From Candidatus Multivoradales bacterium (GTDB lineage: Bacteria; Acidobacteriota; Thermoanaerobaculia; Multivoradales; JAHEKO01), in the NCBI GenBank assembly GCA_965223855.1, contig CBDCXM010000009.1, positions 2,496,001 to 2,560,000 of the forward strand: a stretch of 64,000 nucleotides of DNA, in the 5' to 3' direction. The notes under the pieces were generated by a model, which was not told where the DNA came from, did no database searches, and saw only the letters and a program-made list of their open reading frames with translations. Shown piece by piece: positions 28,503 to 37,886 of the stretch. The stretch's first letter is position 1. Every line of letters starts with the position of its first letter. A program made the translations under genes and the position numbers.

Positions 28503-29884
28503 CTTCCTTCCTTCGCAGTCCGCCACGATGCGACGGTCTCCGTCGCCGCGCGTTGCCAGCTCAGCCGCGCCGCGTTGGCCCTGCCCGCCTCGACGAGTCG
28601 CTCTCGTTGCTCGGGAGCGTCGAGCAGCTCGCTCGCGGCGGCGGCAAAGGCGCCGGCGTCGTCGGCAGGGGCGAAGATCGCCCCTTCGCCGGCGACCTCG
28701 CGCAGCACGGGCAGGTCGCTGCACAGGAGGGGTGCGCCGGCCTGCTGGGCCTCGACCGCCGGCAGCCCGAAGCCCTCGTAGCGCGTCGGGAAGACGACCA
28801 GGGAGGCGTCGCGATAGAGCGCGGCGAGCTCTCCCTCTTCGACGTAGCCGAGCTGCCGGCACCACCCCTCGGCCTCGGCGTCCGCCAGGGCGGAGCTGAT
28901 CTCTTCCGCCTTCCATCCGAGCCGACCGCACAGCACGAGCCTGACATCGTGGCCGGCCTCGCGCACCCGGTGCCAGACGTCGAGCAGATAGCGGATGTTC
29001 TTGCGCGGCTCCAGCGTGCCGACGTGAAGCGCGTACGGTGGGTCGACGCCGTCCGGCAGCCGAGTGGGCTCCACCGAGGCGAGTTGGCCGGGGCCGTGGT
29101 GAACGACGTCGACTCTGCCGGCCGTCGCGTAGCCGTAGTCGACCAGTTCGTTCTTGACGGCTGCGCTGACGGAGATCAGCCGGGTCGCGCGACGGACCGA
29201 TCGGTCGAGGTTGCGTCGCAAGGCGTCGAGCGTCTCGGCGGCGAGGGTGTCGGGGACCGTGCGGGAGCCGAGGTCGTGAATCGTGGCGACGACCTTGCCT
29301 CGCGCCAGGGTGAAGTTCCCGGGCAGGAAGTAGTTGGGCGCGAAGAGCACCTCGTTGCCGTCACACGCGATCAGCAGCGGTTCGAGCCACTGCAGGCAGC
29401 GCATCAGAAAGCCGGGTCGCAGGGTCAGGTCGTGCGGAACCTCGAAGACGACGTGCTCGATCGACGGGCCGCGTGGCAGCGGCATTACCGGGTCGGGGAC
29501 ATCCTCGCCCTCGAGCTGATTCGGTCCGTAGAGCCGGATGGCGACACCGTCGACCTCGGTGAGGTGCTCGAGGAGTCGGTAGAGGTACCAGCCGACTCCG
29601 GTGAGGGACTCCCACAGCGGAGTCACATCGACCCCGACGGTGAACCGTTGCTCGGCACGCCGCCTCCCCACGGCCGTCAAGATCGTTCCCATCCAGCGCA
29701 CCGTCCGCGGCACGCTGGTCACGCGAAACCACGCCTGGCCGGCGTAGTGTCGGGCCCTGGCGCGACTCCAGTGGAAGGCGTGCGCCAGTCGTGGAAGGCG
29801 ACGCGCGAGTGCCCTGAGAACGCGCTGCCACGGTGTCCACGGGCGGCCGGTTGCGGGGTCGATGAACGGGTCGTCGGTCGGCAC
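28499..29884 (-). CDS. Glycosyltransferase family 4 with basic N-terminal extension
   Basis: 'TGVGWY', 'VGTLEPRKNI', 'PTRYEGFGLPAVEA'. Start (GTG 29884) uncertain. Confidence 0.88.
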   Translation of the reverse strand: MPTDDPFIDPATGRPWTPWQRVLRALARRLPRLAHAFHWSRARARHYAGQAWFRVTSVPRTVRWMGTILTAVGRRRAEQRFTVGVDVTPLWESLTGVGWYLYRLLEHLTEVDGVAIRLYGPNQLEGEDVPDPVMPLPRGPSIEHVVFEVPHDLTLRPGFLMRCLQWLEPLLIACDGNEVLFAPNYFLPGNFTLARGKVVATIHDLGSRTVPDTLAAETLDALRRNLDRSVRRATRLISVSAAVKNELVDYGYATAGRVDVVHHGPGQLASVEPTRLPDGVDPPYALHVGTLEPRKNIRYLLDVWHRVREAGHDVRLVLCGRLGWKAEEISSALADAEAEGWCRQLGYVEEGELAALYRDASLVVFPTRYEGFGLPAVEAQQAGAPLLCSDLPVLREVAGEGAIFAPADDAGAFAAAASELLDAPEQRERLVEAGRANAARLSWQRAATETVASWRTAKEGR

Positions 29885-29920
29885 GGGACGACGGCTGAAG
29901 GATCTCGGTAAGGTAGCGGG

Positions 29921-31129
29921 ATGCGAGGCGCGAGGCGCGGGCTGTTGGCGGCGGGGGTGATTGTACTCGCGGCCGCACACGTGGCGTACTGGTATCTGCC
30001 GCGCGAGAGGGGAGGGCGTCCGAAGCCGGGCGCGGCTGTGGCGGCACTTCTCGACGGGGGCGAAGGGCATTTCACCGCCTGGGTTCCCTACCCTCATCAG
30101 AATCTCGGATTCCTGGCGAGCGACGACGGCGACTGGCGCACCGGCCTCTCGAAGTTGCTCGGCACCCCGGATCTCGAGCTACCCGGCTTCGGCCCGTTCG
30201 CGCTCCCGCCGGCGAGCGAGCTCGCCGTGACGACCGACCGGAGTGGAGAGCGCTTCGTCGTCGCAGCACGCATCTACCCGCTGGTGGCTCTGGTGGCCCG
30301 GGCGGCCGGGACCGTCGCCTCGAACCCCTGGCTCGCCGGGGGCGAGATCGACGAACGGGGGGAGCGCTACGAGGTGCGGTGGGACGGCAACGTCTGGATG
30401 ATGCGTCCCGCCGGGGGTGGTGCGGCCGCCATGCCCTGGCCGTCATCCGACCATTCCGGGGCGGCGGAAGAGGTCGAGGGGGGCGCGCTCGCTCGACTCT
30501 CGCTCGCGACCAGACTGGGGCCCCTGCCTGCCGGGCGCTACCGCATCGAGCGCACCGGTGGCGATCTGGAGCTGTCTTCGGCGACCCGGATCGACGGCGA
30601 GCCGCAGCGGCCCGGTGGCGGTCGGCTGCTCCAGCTCGATTGTCGCGGGGAACGGTGCCGGGCTCAGGCCGTCCTCGGTCCGGGACAGGGAAGCCTCAAG
30701 GGTGTCCCGTCGGCGGCAGTGCTGGCGCGCCGGTTCCCGATGCCCGACCTGCCGTTCCAGCGGCTCTACAGGATCCTCGGCCTTCGCAAGCGCGTCGCCC
30801 GGGAGGGCGACTGGAAGATCGGCGCCTCCGACCGCAAGGCACTCGAACGAGGCAAGGAGCTGGCCCGCGAACTCTCGGCGCGCCCGGTCGCGAGCGGCAT
30901 CCGGCTCGAGTACGAAGTCGATCTCGACGTCGTAAGAAGCGTGGCCGGAGAGCTCGAGCGACAGCTCGAAGGGGTGCCGCTTCCACGGATCCAGGAGCTC
31001 GAGCGTTGGCGCGGAGCGGCACTCGTCCTGGGGCAGCTCGAGGGGTACGACCGCTGGTCGTTCGTTCGCGTCGCCGACGGCGGGGTTCGGTCACGGCTCT
31101 GGGGGCGCCAGCCGAACCCGTCGGGCTAG
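29921..31129 (+). CDS. Hypothetical membrane-anchored protein
   Basis: 402-aa ORF with an N-terminal TM anchor and protein-like composition; no family recognised. Confidence 0.7.
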   Translation: MRGARRGLLAAGVIVLAAAHVAYWYLPRERGGRPKPGAAVAALLDGGEGHFTAWVPYPHQNLGFLASDDGDWRTGLSKLLGTPDLELPGFGPFALPPASELAVTTDRSGERFVVAARIYPLVALVARAAGTVASNPWLAGGEIDERGERYEVRWDGNVWMMRPAGGGAAAMPWPSSDHSGAAEEVEGGALARLSLATRLGPLPAGRYRIERTGGDLELSSATRIDGEPQRPGGGRLLQLDCRGERCRAQAVLGPGQGSLKGVPSAAVLARRFPMPDLPFQRLYRILGLRKRVAREGDWKIGASDRKALERGKELARELSARPVASGIRLEYEVDLDVVRSVAGELERQLEGVPLPRIQELERWRGAALVLGQLEGYDRWSFVRVADGGVRSRLWGRQPNPSG

Positions 31130-31540
31130 GTGCGAGCTCGGGCGGCCGAGAGCCTTGCCAGAGGGCTCCGCATCTTCGGCGCTGTGAGCCGGGTTCGAGG
31201 ATCTCGACGATCGCCCGGCTCTGCGTTGCCGCGTTCCGCAGTCAGAGGCCGCTTTCCACGCAGGGCAGACGTGGTCGGCTGGTTGGCGCGGGGCCTGAGC
31301 GGTGACGGCTTCTGGAGTCGCCTTCCAGGGTTGCAGTGTGGCTGCGAATTGTGCGGAGACCGGCGTCCCGCCGGAGTCGTCGAAAGCGGACCCTCGCGAG
31401 GGCGGTCGCGGCTGGATGGTTCGGCTTCAGCCGGCCAGGCGAGGTCCTACCTGGAGTCCGTTCGCGATGAAGGCGGCGAGTCGGCCATGGCATGGGGCGC
31501 CCTCGTCACTCGCGACATCCACCAGGACCTGCTACCGCGA

Positions 31541-32878
31541 TCAGTGGGTGTGAACGTCGAGCGATCCCCCACCGATGAACTCTCTGAGCACCGAGTCGTC
31601 GGGGACGGCCGACTCGCCTGCGACGTCGGCGATCGATTCGAGCAGGTCGTAGACCCGCTGCGCCCGGATGTAGCCGTCGAGTCGCCGGTCGTCGTCCTGC
31701 CACCGCTCGAGGAAGGACGGCAGCTCGGCGAAGCAGCGTTGCTTGAGGAAGGGTAGCTCGTAGGCGAGGGCACCGTTGACGTGCAGGTCGGCGTTCCCCT
31801 GGTGCGGGATGATGTGTTTGAGTTCGCTGCGACGGACGTAGTGCCAGTGGAGGATCGTCTTCTCCGGCGAGTAGCCGCGGAAGAGCGCGTCGCGCGACAT
31901 CCGGCGGAGCATGCGCAGATCGGTCCAGCGGACGTAGCGGCCGGACTCGTCCTTGATCTGACTGATCGTCTCGATGTAGAGCCGGAACTTCCTCGACTCC
32001 GGCACGCTCGCGGTGAGGCCGTCGTAGAGACCGTGGAGGGTGTCGAGAACGATCACGCTCCCTGCCGGCACCTCGAACGGCACGGTCGTCTCCCGTCGGT
32101 TTCCGGTCTTGAAGTCGTAGATCGGCATCGAGATCGGGTCGCCTGCATCGAGCTGGGCGAGATGTTCGTTGATGAGCGTCAGGTCGAGCGCCTCGGGAGT
32201 CTCGAAGTCGCGATCGCCGAACTCGTCTCCGGGGTGGAGCTCGAGGTCGAAGAAATAGTTGTCGAGCGCGAGCGGTACGGCGGGAATGCCCTCTTCGCTC
32301 AGTCGCTCGGCGATCTTGTGGGTCGTCGTCGTCTTGCCCGAGGAGCTGGGACCGGCGACGATGAGGAACCGCACCTCGTCGCGGCGCGCCAGCAGGCTCT
32401 CGGCCGCCTGCGCGATCTCGTCCGCATAGCGCCGCTCCGAAGCGTCGATGAGATCCGGCAGACGCCCCTCTTCGATCGTGCGATTGAGCGCGGCTACGGT
32501 GTGGCAGCCGTGATCGACCGCCCAGTCGAGCGCCTGCCACATCGCCTTGTAGGGGATGTTGCCCTTGCCGGCGGTGCGGCGACCGCTGCGGAGTCGCGAG
32601 CGCTCGTGGCGGTAGAGAATGTAGGCCTTGGCGAGATCGGCCTCGCCCGATCGGATGAGGACCCGTTCGACGAGGTCCTGGACATCTTCGACCGTCACCG
32701 CCTCGTCTTCGGAGTACGCCTCGGCGAGCGCCTCGAGCACCTGACGGGTCGTGCGATCGGCAAGGGCGTCGTCGTGGCGCCCGACGGCCGCGGTCGCCTT
32801 GTAGATCGCAAGGCGGATCTTGTCGCGGTCGAAGGGGACGACTTCCCCGGTGCGCTTGACGAGTGTGGAAAGAGGCAT
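31541..32878 (-). CDS. ATP-cone domain fused to a uridine/nucleoside kinase (PRK/UK P-loop family)
   Basis: N-terminal 'VKRTGEVVPFDRDKIRLAI...VEDVQDLVERVL...AKAYILYR' (ATP-cone); 'AGPSSSGKTT', 'LDNYF', 'DFETPEALD', 'DLRMLRRMSRD'. Confidence 0.88.
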   Translation of the reverse strand: MPLSTLVKRTGEVVPFDRDKIRLAIYKATAAVGRHDDALADRTTRQVLEALAEAYSEDEAVTVEDVQDLVERVLIRSGEADLAKAYILYRHERSRLRSGRRTAGKGNIPYKAMWQALDWAVDHGCHTVAALNRTIEEGRLPDLIDASERRYADEIAQAAESLLARRDEVRFLIVAGPSSSGKTTTTHKIAERLSEEGIPAVPLALDNYFFDLELHPGDEFGDRDFETPEALDLTLINEHLAQLDAGDPISMPIYDFKTGNRRETTVPFEVPAGSVIVLDTLHGLYDGLTASVPESRKFRLYIETISQIKDESGRYVRWTDLRMLRRMSRDALFRGYSPEKTILHWHYVRRSELKHIIPHQGNADLHVNGALAYELPFLKQRCFAELPSFLERWQDDDRRLDGYIRAQRVYDLLESIADVAGESAVPDDSVLREFIGGGSLDVHTH

Positions 32879-32890
32879 GGAACGGGGACC

Positions 32891-33748
32891 CTACGACGCG
32901 CCGGAGGGTTCAGTCGGTCGCCAGATCGCCCCCTCGAGTCGCCGGCTCGGATCGGAGGTCCGTCGCAGACCCTCGAGCTCGCCGCTATGAGACTCCATGG
33001 CGGCGGCGCTGACCAGGGCGTCCAGCGCGTCGTGGCTCTCGAGAGCCCGCTCTCGGACGGCGTCTCGTACCTGAGGCAGTCGCTCCGCGAGGAACGTCCG
33101 CCTCGCTTCGACGTCGGTCTTCCTGAGACGACCCATGAAGAGGCGCGGCCAGATCTCCACGACCCGCGGCCCATCGGGCCGGTCGAACGGCCAGATCGAG
33201 AAACCTTGGCGTCGCAGGCGTCTGAGGATCGGCATCCCGCGCAGGCTGCCGACGCCGACCGCCTGTGCGTTGCCGCCGATCTGGAAGACGGACGCCGGCA
33301 GCTGTCCCGTCTCGCGCCAGATGGCGAGCTCGGTCTCGCGATAGAGCGCTTCGCCGAGCGCCGGCTTGCGCCGCCCGGTCTTGCCCCAGAACGGGAAGGG
33401 GCACTCGGAGAGCCACTGTTCGCCGTGCGTCTCGACCTCCTCCCACACCTCTTCGGTCGATGCGTGGCCGCGCTTGTCGAGGAACGCCGCCGGGAAGGAG
33501 AACGCGAAGTCGAGGCCGACCACCATGTCGGGGTCGCGCCCGGCCTCGTCGATCAGCAGATCGGCGATCTCGTCGCGATCGCGCCCGTTCTCCAGCCGCA
33601 CGACGCCACCGTCGGTAGCCTCTGCAACCCAGATCTTGCGGGCCGCGCCCCGCGCGGCGCCCGACCAGTCGATGGCGAAGATGCGAGTGCTGCCGGCCAC
33701 GTCGGCGGACGTTAGCAGCCCGACCGGTCGGCGGGCAGCGTCGTCCAC
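32891..33748 (-). CDS. DUF429-like predicted nuclease (RNase H fold)
   Basis: Acidic motifs 'FAIDWSG', 'VGLDFAFSFP', 'YRETE', 'VEIWP', 'DALDAL'. Start uncertain (33748-33805). Confidence 0.65.
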   Translation of the reverse strand: MDDAARRPVGLLTSADVAGSTRIFAIDWSGAARGAARKIWVAEATDGGVVRLENGRDRDEIADLLIDEAGRDPDMVVGLDFAFSFPAAFLDKRGHASTEEVWEEVETHGEQWLSECPFPFWGKTGRRKPALGEALYRETELAIWRETGQLPASVFQIGGNAQAVGVGSLRGMPILRRLRRQGFSIWPFDRPDGPRVVEIWPRLFMGRLRKTDVEARRTFLAERLPQVRDAVRERALESHDALDALVSAAAMESHSGELEGLRRTSDPSRRLEGAIWRPTEPSGAS

Positions 33749-33803
33749 CGTGATGGCCCGCCACGAGGGGCCGGCAATCGCCTGATACGTTCGCCGGCGA
33801 GCC

Positions 33804-36800
33804 ATGCGCGAATCGGAGGGTGCGATCCATCTGTCGGCGACCGACCTCGCTCACCACCTCGCCTGCCGGCACAAGACCTCCCTCGACCTCGCCTACGCCC
33901 GCGGCGAACTCGACTGCGAGCGGTGGTTCGACCCTGATCTCGAAGCGTTGTGGGAGCGCGGGCTCGAGCATGAAGAGGCCTACGTCGGGCACCTTCGCGA
34001 CGAGGGCCTGGATGTCCTCGACCTGCGCGCTTGCGACGAGCAGACCGACCTGGTCTCCCGAACCACGGCGGCGATGAAGGAGGGACGCGGCGCGATCGTG
34101 CAGGCGGGCCTCCGTGCCGGTCGCTGGTCAGGGCGTGCCGATGTCCTGCGAAGGGTCGAGCGGGCGAGTGCACTCGGCTCCTGGTCGTACGAGGTCGTCG
34201 ATACGAAGCTGGCGACGGAGACGAAGGCGTCGGCTGTGTTGCAGCTCTGCGTCTACTCGGACCTGCTCACCCGGATTCAGGGGGAGGAGCCGCGCTCGGC
34301 GTGGATCGTGACACCCGCCAGCGGCTCCGCCGGAGAGGAGTATCGCCTCTCCCGCCTGCGCGCCTACTACCGCCATGTCCGGCGGCGGCTCGAGACGGCG
34401 ATCGACGAAGTCGATCGAGACGGAGGCGAAGCGCCCTACCCTGAACCGTGCGAGCACTGTGAGATCTGTCGCTGGCGCTGGCACTGCGACCGGCGCCGGC
34501 GCGACGACCGCCACCTGTCCCTCGTGGCCGGGTTGCGACGATCGCACCGCACCGAGCTCGAGGAGCGGTCGGTGACGACGATCGACGCTCTGGCGGCGCT
34601 GCCCGTGCCGCTCGAGTGGATGCCGAGCCGGGGCTCACGGGCCTCCTTCGCCGAGGCGCGCGAACAGGCGCGGCTTCAGGTCGCCTCAGAGGAGTCCTCC
34701 GTCCCGCGGGTCGAGCTGCGCGAGCTCGACGACGAGCACGGACTTCGGCTGCTGCCGGCTCCGTCGGCCGGCGACGTCTTCTTCGACCTCGAGGGGAGCC
34801 GCTTCGCCCGCTCCGGCGGACACGAGTTCCTCTTCGGGGTCGTCGAGACGGGTGCGATCGGAGGGGAGGCCCTGGCCGGCAGCTATGTCTCCGGATGGGC
34901 CCTCGACGAGACCGGGGAGAAGGCGGCCTTTGCGGCGCTCGTCGATCGACTGATCGCTCGATGGGAGGCCGACGACGGCTTTCACGCGTACCACTTCGGC
35001 AGCTACGACGTCGCTGCGCTCAAGCGGCTGATGGGCCGTCACACGACGCGGGAGGACGAGATGGACCGCCTGCTCAGGGGCGAGCGCTTCGTCGATCTGT
35101 CGACGGTCTTCAGGCGCGCCGTGCGGGCGGGTGTCGAGAGCTACGCCCTGAAGGATCTGGAGGCGATCTTCGGCTTTCGACGCCAGGTCGGGCTCGAGCG
35201 GGCGGCGCGCGCCTTGCGGCAGGTGCAGCGGTTCCTCGAACGTCGGGGGCAGGTGCGCCCCGCCGACGAGGATCTGGCGACGGTCGAGCGCTACAACGAG
35301 GACGATTGCCGCTCGCTCGTCGCGCTGCGCGACTGGCTCGAGTCGTTGCGGGCGGCCGAGGCTTCGGCGCTCGCGCGTCCCGCGCTCCTTTCGGGAGAGC
35401 CCAACGAGACGATCGAGGCCGACGGCCGGAGAGTTGCCGAGCTTGACTGCGGTGCTCGTCGGGGGGCTGGAGAGCACGCAGACGAAGGTGACGCAGGGTC
35501 CGAGGGGGCGCGTGCGCTCCTCGCCGACTTGCTCGACTACCACCGACGGGAGCTCAAGGCGGGCTGGTGGCAGTACTACCAGCTCCGGGACGCCACCCTC
35601 GAGGAGTTGAGAGAAAGCCGCTATGGGGTGGCCGATCTCGAGTTCGCAGGTTCGGTCGAGGGCGGGACGGCGCGGTGCCCGGCCCACCGGTACCGCTATC
35701 CGGACCAACCGGCCCGCCTCAAGCCGGGCGATCCGCTGGAGGCCGGCGAGGTGACGGTAGGCACCGTCCTCGCGTGGGACCCGGTGGCGCGCACGGTCGA
35801 CGTGAAGAAGCGGACGGCGGCGGTCGACCTGCACCCGACGGCTGGCTTCGCCTACCGCGTCATCGGCGCCGGAGCGAAGGCGGAGGCGCTCATGCGCCTC
35901 GCCGAGAAGGTCTGCGACAGCGGGACGATCCTTCAGGGCAGTCAGGGCAACCTCCTTCTGCGCTCGCTCCCGACGCCGGGCGGTCCCTGTGTCGGCGAAG
36001 GCGAGTCGCTGCTGGAGGCGGCGCGGCGCTGGGGTGTCGAGCTGGGTGATCGGGTGCTCGCCCTGCAGGGCCCGCCCGGCTCCGGCAAGACCTACACCGG
36101 CGCGAGGATGGTGGTCGATCTCGCGGCCGCCGGCGCGCGGGTCGCCGTCATGGCGAACAGCCACAAGGTGATCGCCCACTTCCTGCGCGAGGTCGGGAAG
36201 GCAGCCGCCGACGAGGGAGTGGCGGTCGGCTGTGCGAGAAAGCCGAAGAGCGGCGAGGCCGAAGGCGAAGGGGACGTCCCGTTCCTCGGCAGTGCGCAGG
36301 AGGTGCTGGAGGCGCTCGAAGGGGGGGAGCGTCAGGTGGTGGGCGGAACGGCCTGGCTCTGGTCTCACCCCTTGCTCGAGAAGCGCACCGACGTTCTCGT
36401 CGTCGACGAGGCGGGCCAGGCCTCTCTCGCCGACGTCCTGGCGGCGGCGCAGGCGGCCAGGGGCCTCGTCCTGCTCGGCGATCCCCAGCAGCTCGAGCAG
36501 CCGTTGCGGGGCAGTCATCCCGAAGGGTCCGAGGCTTCGGCGCTCGAGCACTGGCTCCGCGGAAGTCGGACTCTGGCCGAAGACGAGGGAATCTTCCTCG
36601 AGCGAACCTACCGACTCCATCCGCGGCTGGCCGCCTTCACCTCCGAAGTCTTCTACGAGGGACGTTTGGGAGCGGTGGCCGGCCTCGAACACCAGGCGAT
36701 CCTCGGTCCGGTGCTGTCCGACGGCGGCGGCGCCGCATCGGGCCTCTTCTTCGCCCCGGTCGAGCACTCGGCGAACCGAAGCGAGAGCCCGGAGGAAGTC

Positions 36801-37235
36801 GCAGCGGTGTCCTCGCTCGTCGCGCGGCTGACGGATGGACGGTCGCGGTGGCGCGACAGGCGGGGAGAGGAGCGCGAGCTGACGATCGACGACCTGCTGG
36901 TGATCGCGCCGTACAACGACCAGGTCGCTGCTCTGCGTGCCGCCCTTCCCGGCCTCCAGGTCGGCACGGTCGACCGCTTTCAGGGCCGCGAGGCTCCAGT
37001 CGTGATCTATTCGATGGCGACCTCGACGCCGGAGGAGGCGCCACGAGGCATGGAGTTTCTCTACAGTCCGAGCCGGCTCAACGTCGCGACCTCGCGGGCG
37101 CGCGCCGCTTCGATCCTGGTGGCGAGCCCGGCGATCTTCCAGCCGGACTGCCGCACCCCCCGCCAGATGGAGCTGGCGGATGCCTTCTGCCGCTATCTGG
37201 AGCTGGCGACGACGCTCGAGGGTGTCGGAGGCTAG
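33804..37235 (+). CDS. TM0106-family RecB-like nuclease + RNase H-like domain + SF1 (DNA2/Upf1-like) helicase
   Basis: 'GRADVL...YEVVDTKLA' (PD-(D/E)xK), 'CEHCEICRWRWHC', 'FFDLE', Walker A 'QGPPGSGKT', 'VVDEAGQ', 'LLGDPQQL', 'TVDRFQGRE', 'RLNVATSRA'. Confidence 0.92.
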   Translation: MRESEGAIHLSATDLAHHLACRHKTSLDLAYARGELDCERWFDPDLEALWERGLEHEEAYVGHLRDEGLDVLDLRACDEQTDLVSRTTAAMKEGRGAIVQAGLRAGRWSGRADVLRRVERASALGSWSYEVVDTKLATETKASAVLQLCVYSDLLTRIQGEEPRSAWIVTPASGSAGEEYRLSRLRAYYRHVRRRLETAIDEVDRDGGEAPYPEPCEHCEICRWRWHCDRRRRDDRHLSLVAGLRRSHRTELEERSVTTIDALAALPVPLEWMPSRGSRASFAEAREQARLQVASEESSVPRVELRELDDEHGLRLLPAPSAGDVFFDLEGSRFARSGGHEFLFGVVETGAIGGEALAGSYVSGWALDETGEKAAFAALVDRLIARWEADDGFHAYHFGSYDVAALKRLMGRHTTREDEMDRLLRGERFVDLSTVFRRAVRAGVESYALKDLEAIFGFRRQVGLERAARALRQVQRFLERRGQVRPADEDLATVERYNEDDCRSLVALRDWLESLRAAEASALARPALLSGEPNETIEADGRRVAELDCGARRGAGEHADEGDAGSEGARALLADLLDYHRRELKAGWWQYYQLRDATLEELRESRYGVADLEFAGSVEGGTARCPAHRYRYPDQPARLKPGDPLEAGEVTVGTVLAWDPVARTVDVKKRTAAVDLHPTAGFAYRVIGAGAKAEALMRLAEKVCDSGTILQGSQGNLLLRSLPTPGGPCVGEGESLLEAARRWGVELGDRVLALQGPPGSGKTYTGARMVVDLAAAGARVAVMANSHKVIAHFLREVGKAAADEGVAVGCARKPKSGEAEGEGDVPFLGSAQEVLEALEGGERQVVGGTAWLWSHPLLEKRTDVLVVDEAGQASLADVLAAAQAARGLVLLGDPQQLEQPLRGSHPEGSEASALEHWLRGSRTLAEDEGIFLERTYRLHPRLAAFTSEVFYEGRLGAVAGLEHQAILGPVLSDGGGAASGLFFAPVEHSANRSESPEEVAAVSSLVARLTDGRSRWRDRRGEERELTIDDLLVIAPYNDQVAALRAALPGLQVGTVDRFQGREAPVVIYSMATSTPEEAPRGMEFLYSPSRLNVATSRARAASILVASPAIFQPDCRTPRQMELADAFCRYLELATTLEGVGG

Positions 37236-37867
37236 CCGAGAGTCACGCCGTACGGCTCGAGGCGGCGAAGCGGCACCCGCCGATAGGCCCGCAGCCAACC
37301 CGGCCGGCGATTCTTGACGTTGCCGCCATGGACCACCTGCAGCAGGTAGGGAGCGTCGAAGAGATGGAGCGCGACTCTGGCGGCGAGCTCGGCGTGGTCC
37401 CAGCGGTAGAGGTCGGCGCCGTCCCGGAAGGCCACCAGTGGAGCGACCTCGCGTCGGCGGTAGGCGTAGAGGCGGCGCCTCTCGAGGTCGAGTCTGAGGA
37501 ACCGGTTGCTTCCGTAGGCCTCACTCTCGGGAGCGGCTTCGAGCGCATGGAACCAGTCTTCATGGATGGCGTCATCGCTGTCATGGCGGGTCACCAGCGT
37601 CCCGCCGGGCGCCTTCCAACCGCCTCGCCAGTCGTCCTGCTCGGCGACGCGGAGCCACGGCAGGTCGCGAACCCGATCCGCGACGAAGGGGGCGCTGGCC
37701 GAGGAGCAGAGAAGGACCGCTTCCACGCCGAGCCGGCCGACGCTCGGGGCATACCACCGGCGCAGGAGCTCGAGCCGGTCGCGGAGCCACGATTCGTCCT
37801 CGTGACAGTGGGCCGTCTCCGGCTCCAGGCGCGGGACCGAGAAGCGCGAAACGACGAGGTGGCGCAT
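37232..37867 (-). CDS. Putative rhamnosyltransferase-like (GT-A fold) protein
   Basis: 'HLVVSRFS...WLRDRLELL...PSV', 'TRHDSDDA' motif. Confidence 0.65.
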   Translation of the reverse strand: MRHLVVSRFSVPRLEPETAHCHEDESWLRDRLELLRRWYAPSVGRLGVEAVLLCSSASAPFVADRVRDLPWLRVAEQDDWRGGWKAPGGTLVTRHDSDDAIHEDWFHALEAAPESEAYGSNRFLRLDLERRRLYAYRRREVAPLVAFRDGADLYRWDHAELAARVALHLFDAPYLLQVVHGGNVKNRRPGWLRAYRRVPLRRLEPYGVTLG

Positions 37868-37886
37868 CAGGGGTCGGGGAGGTGGT

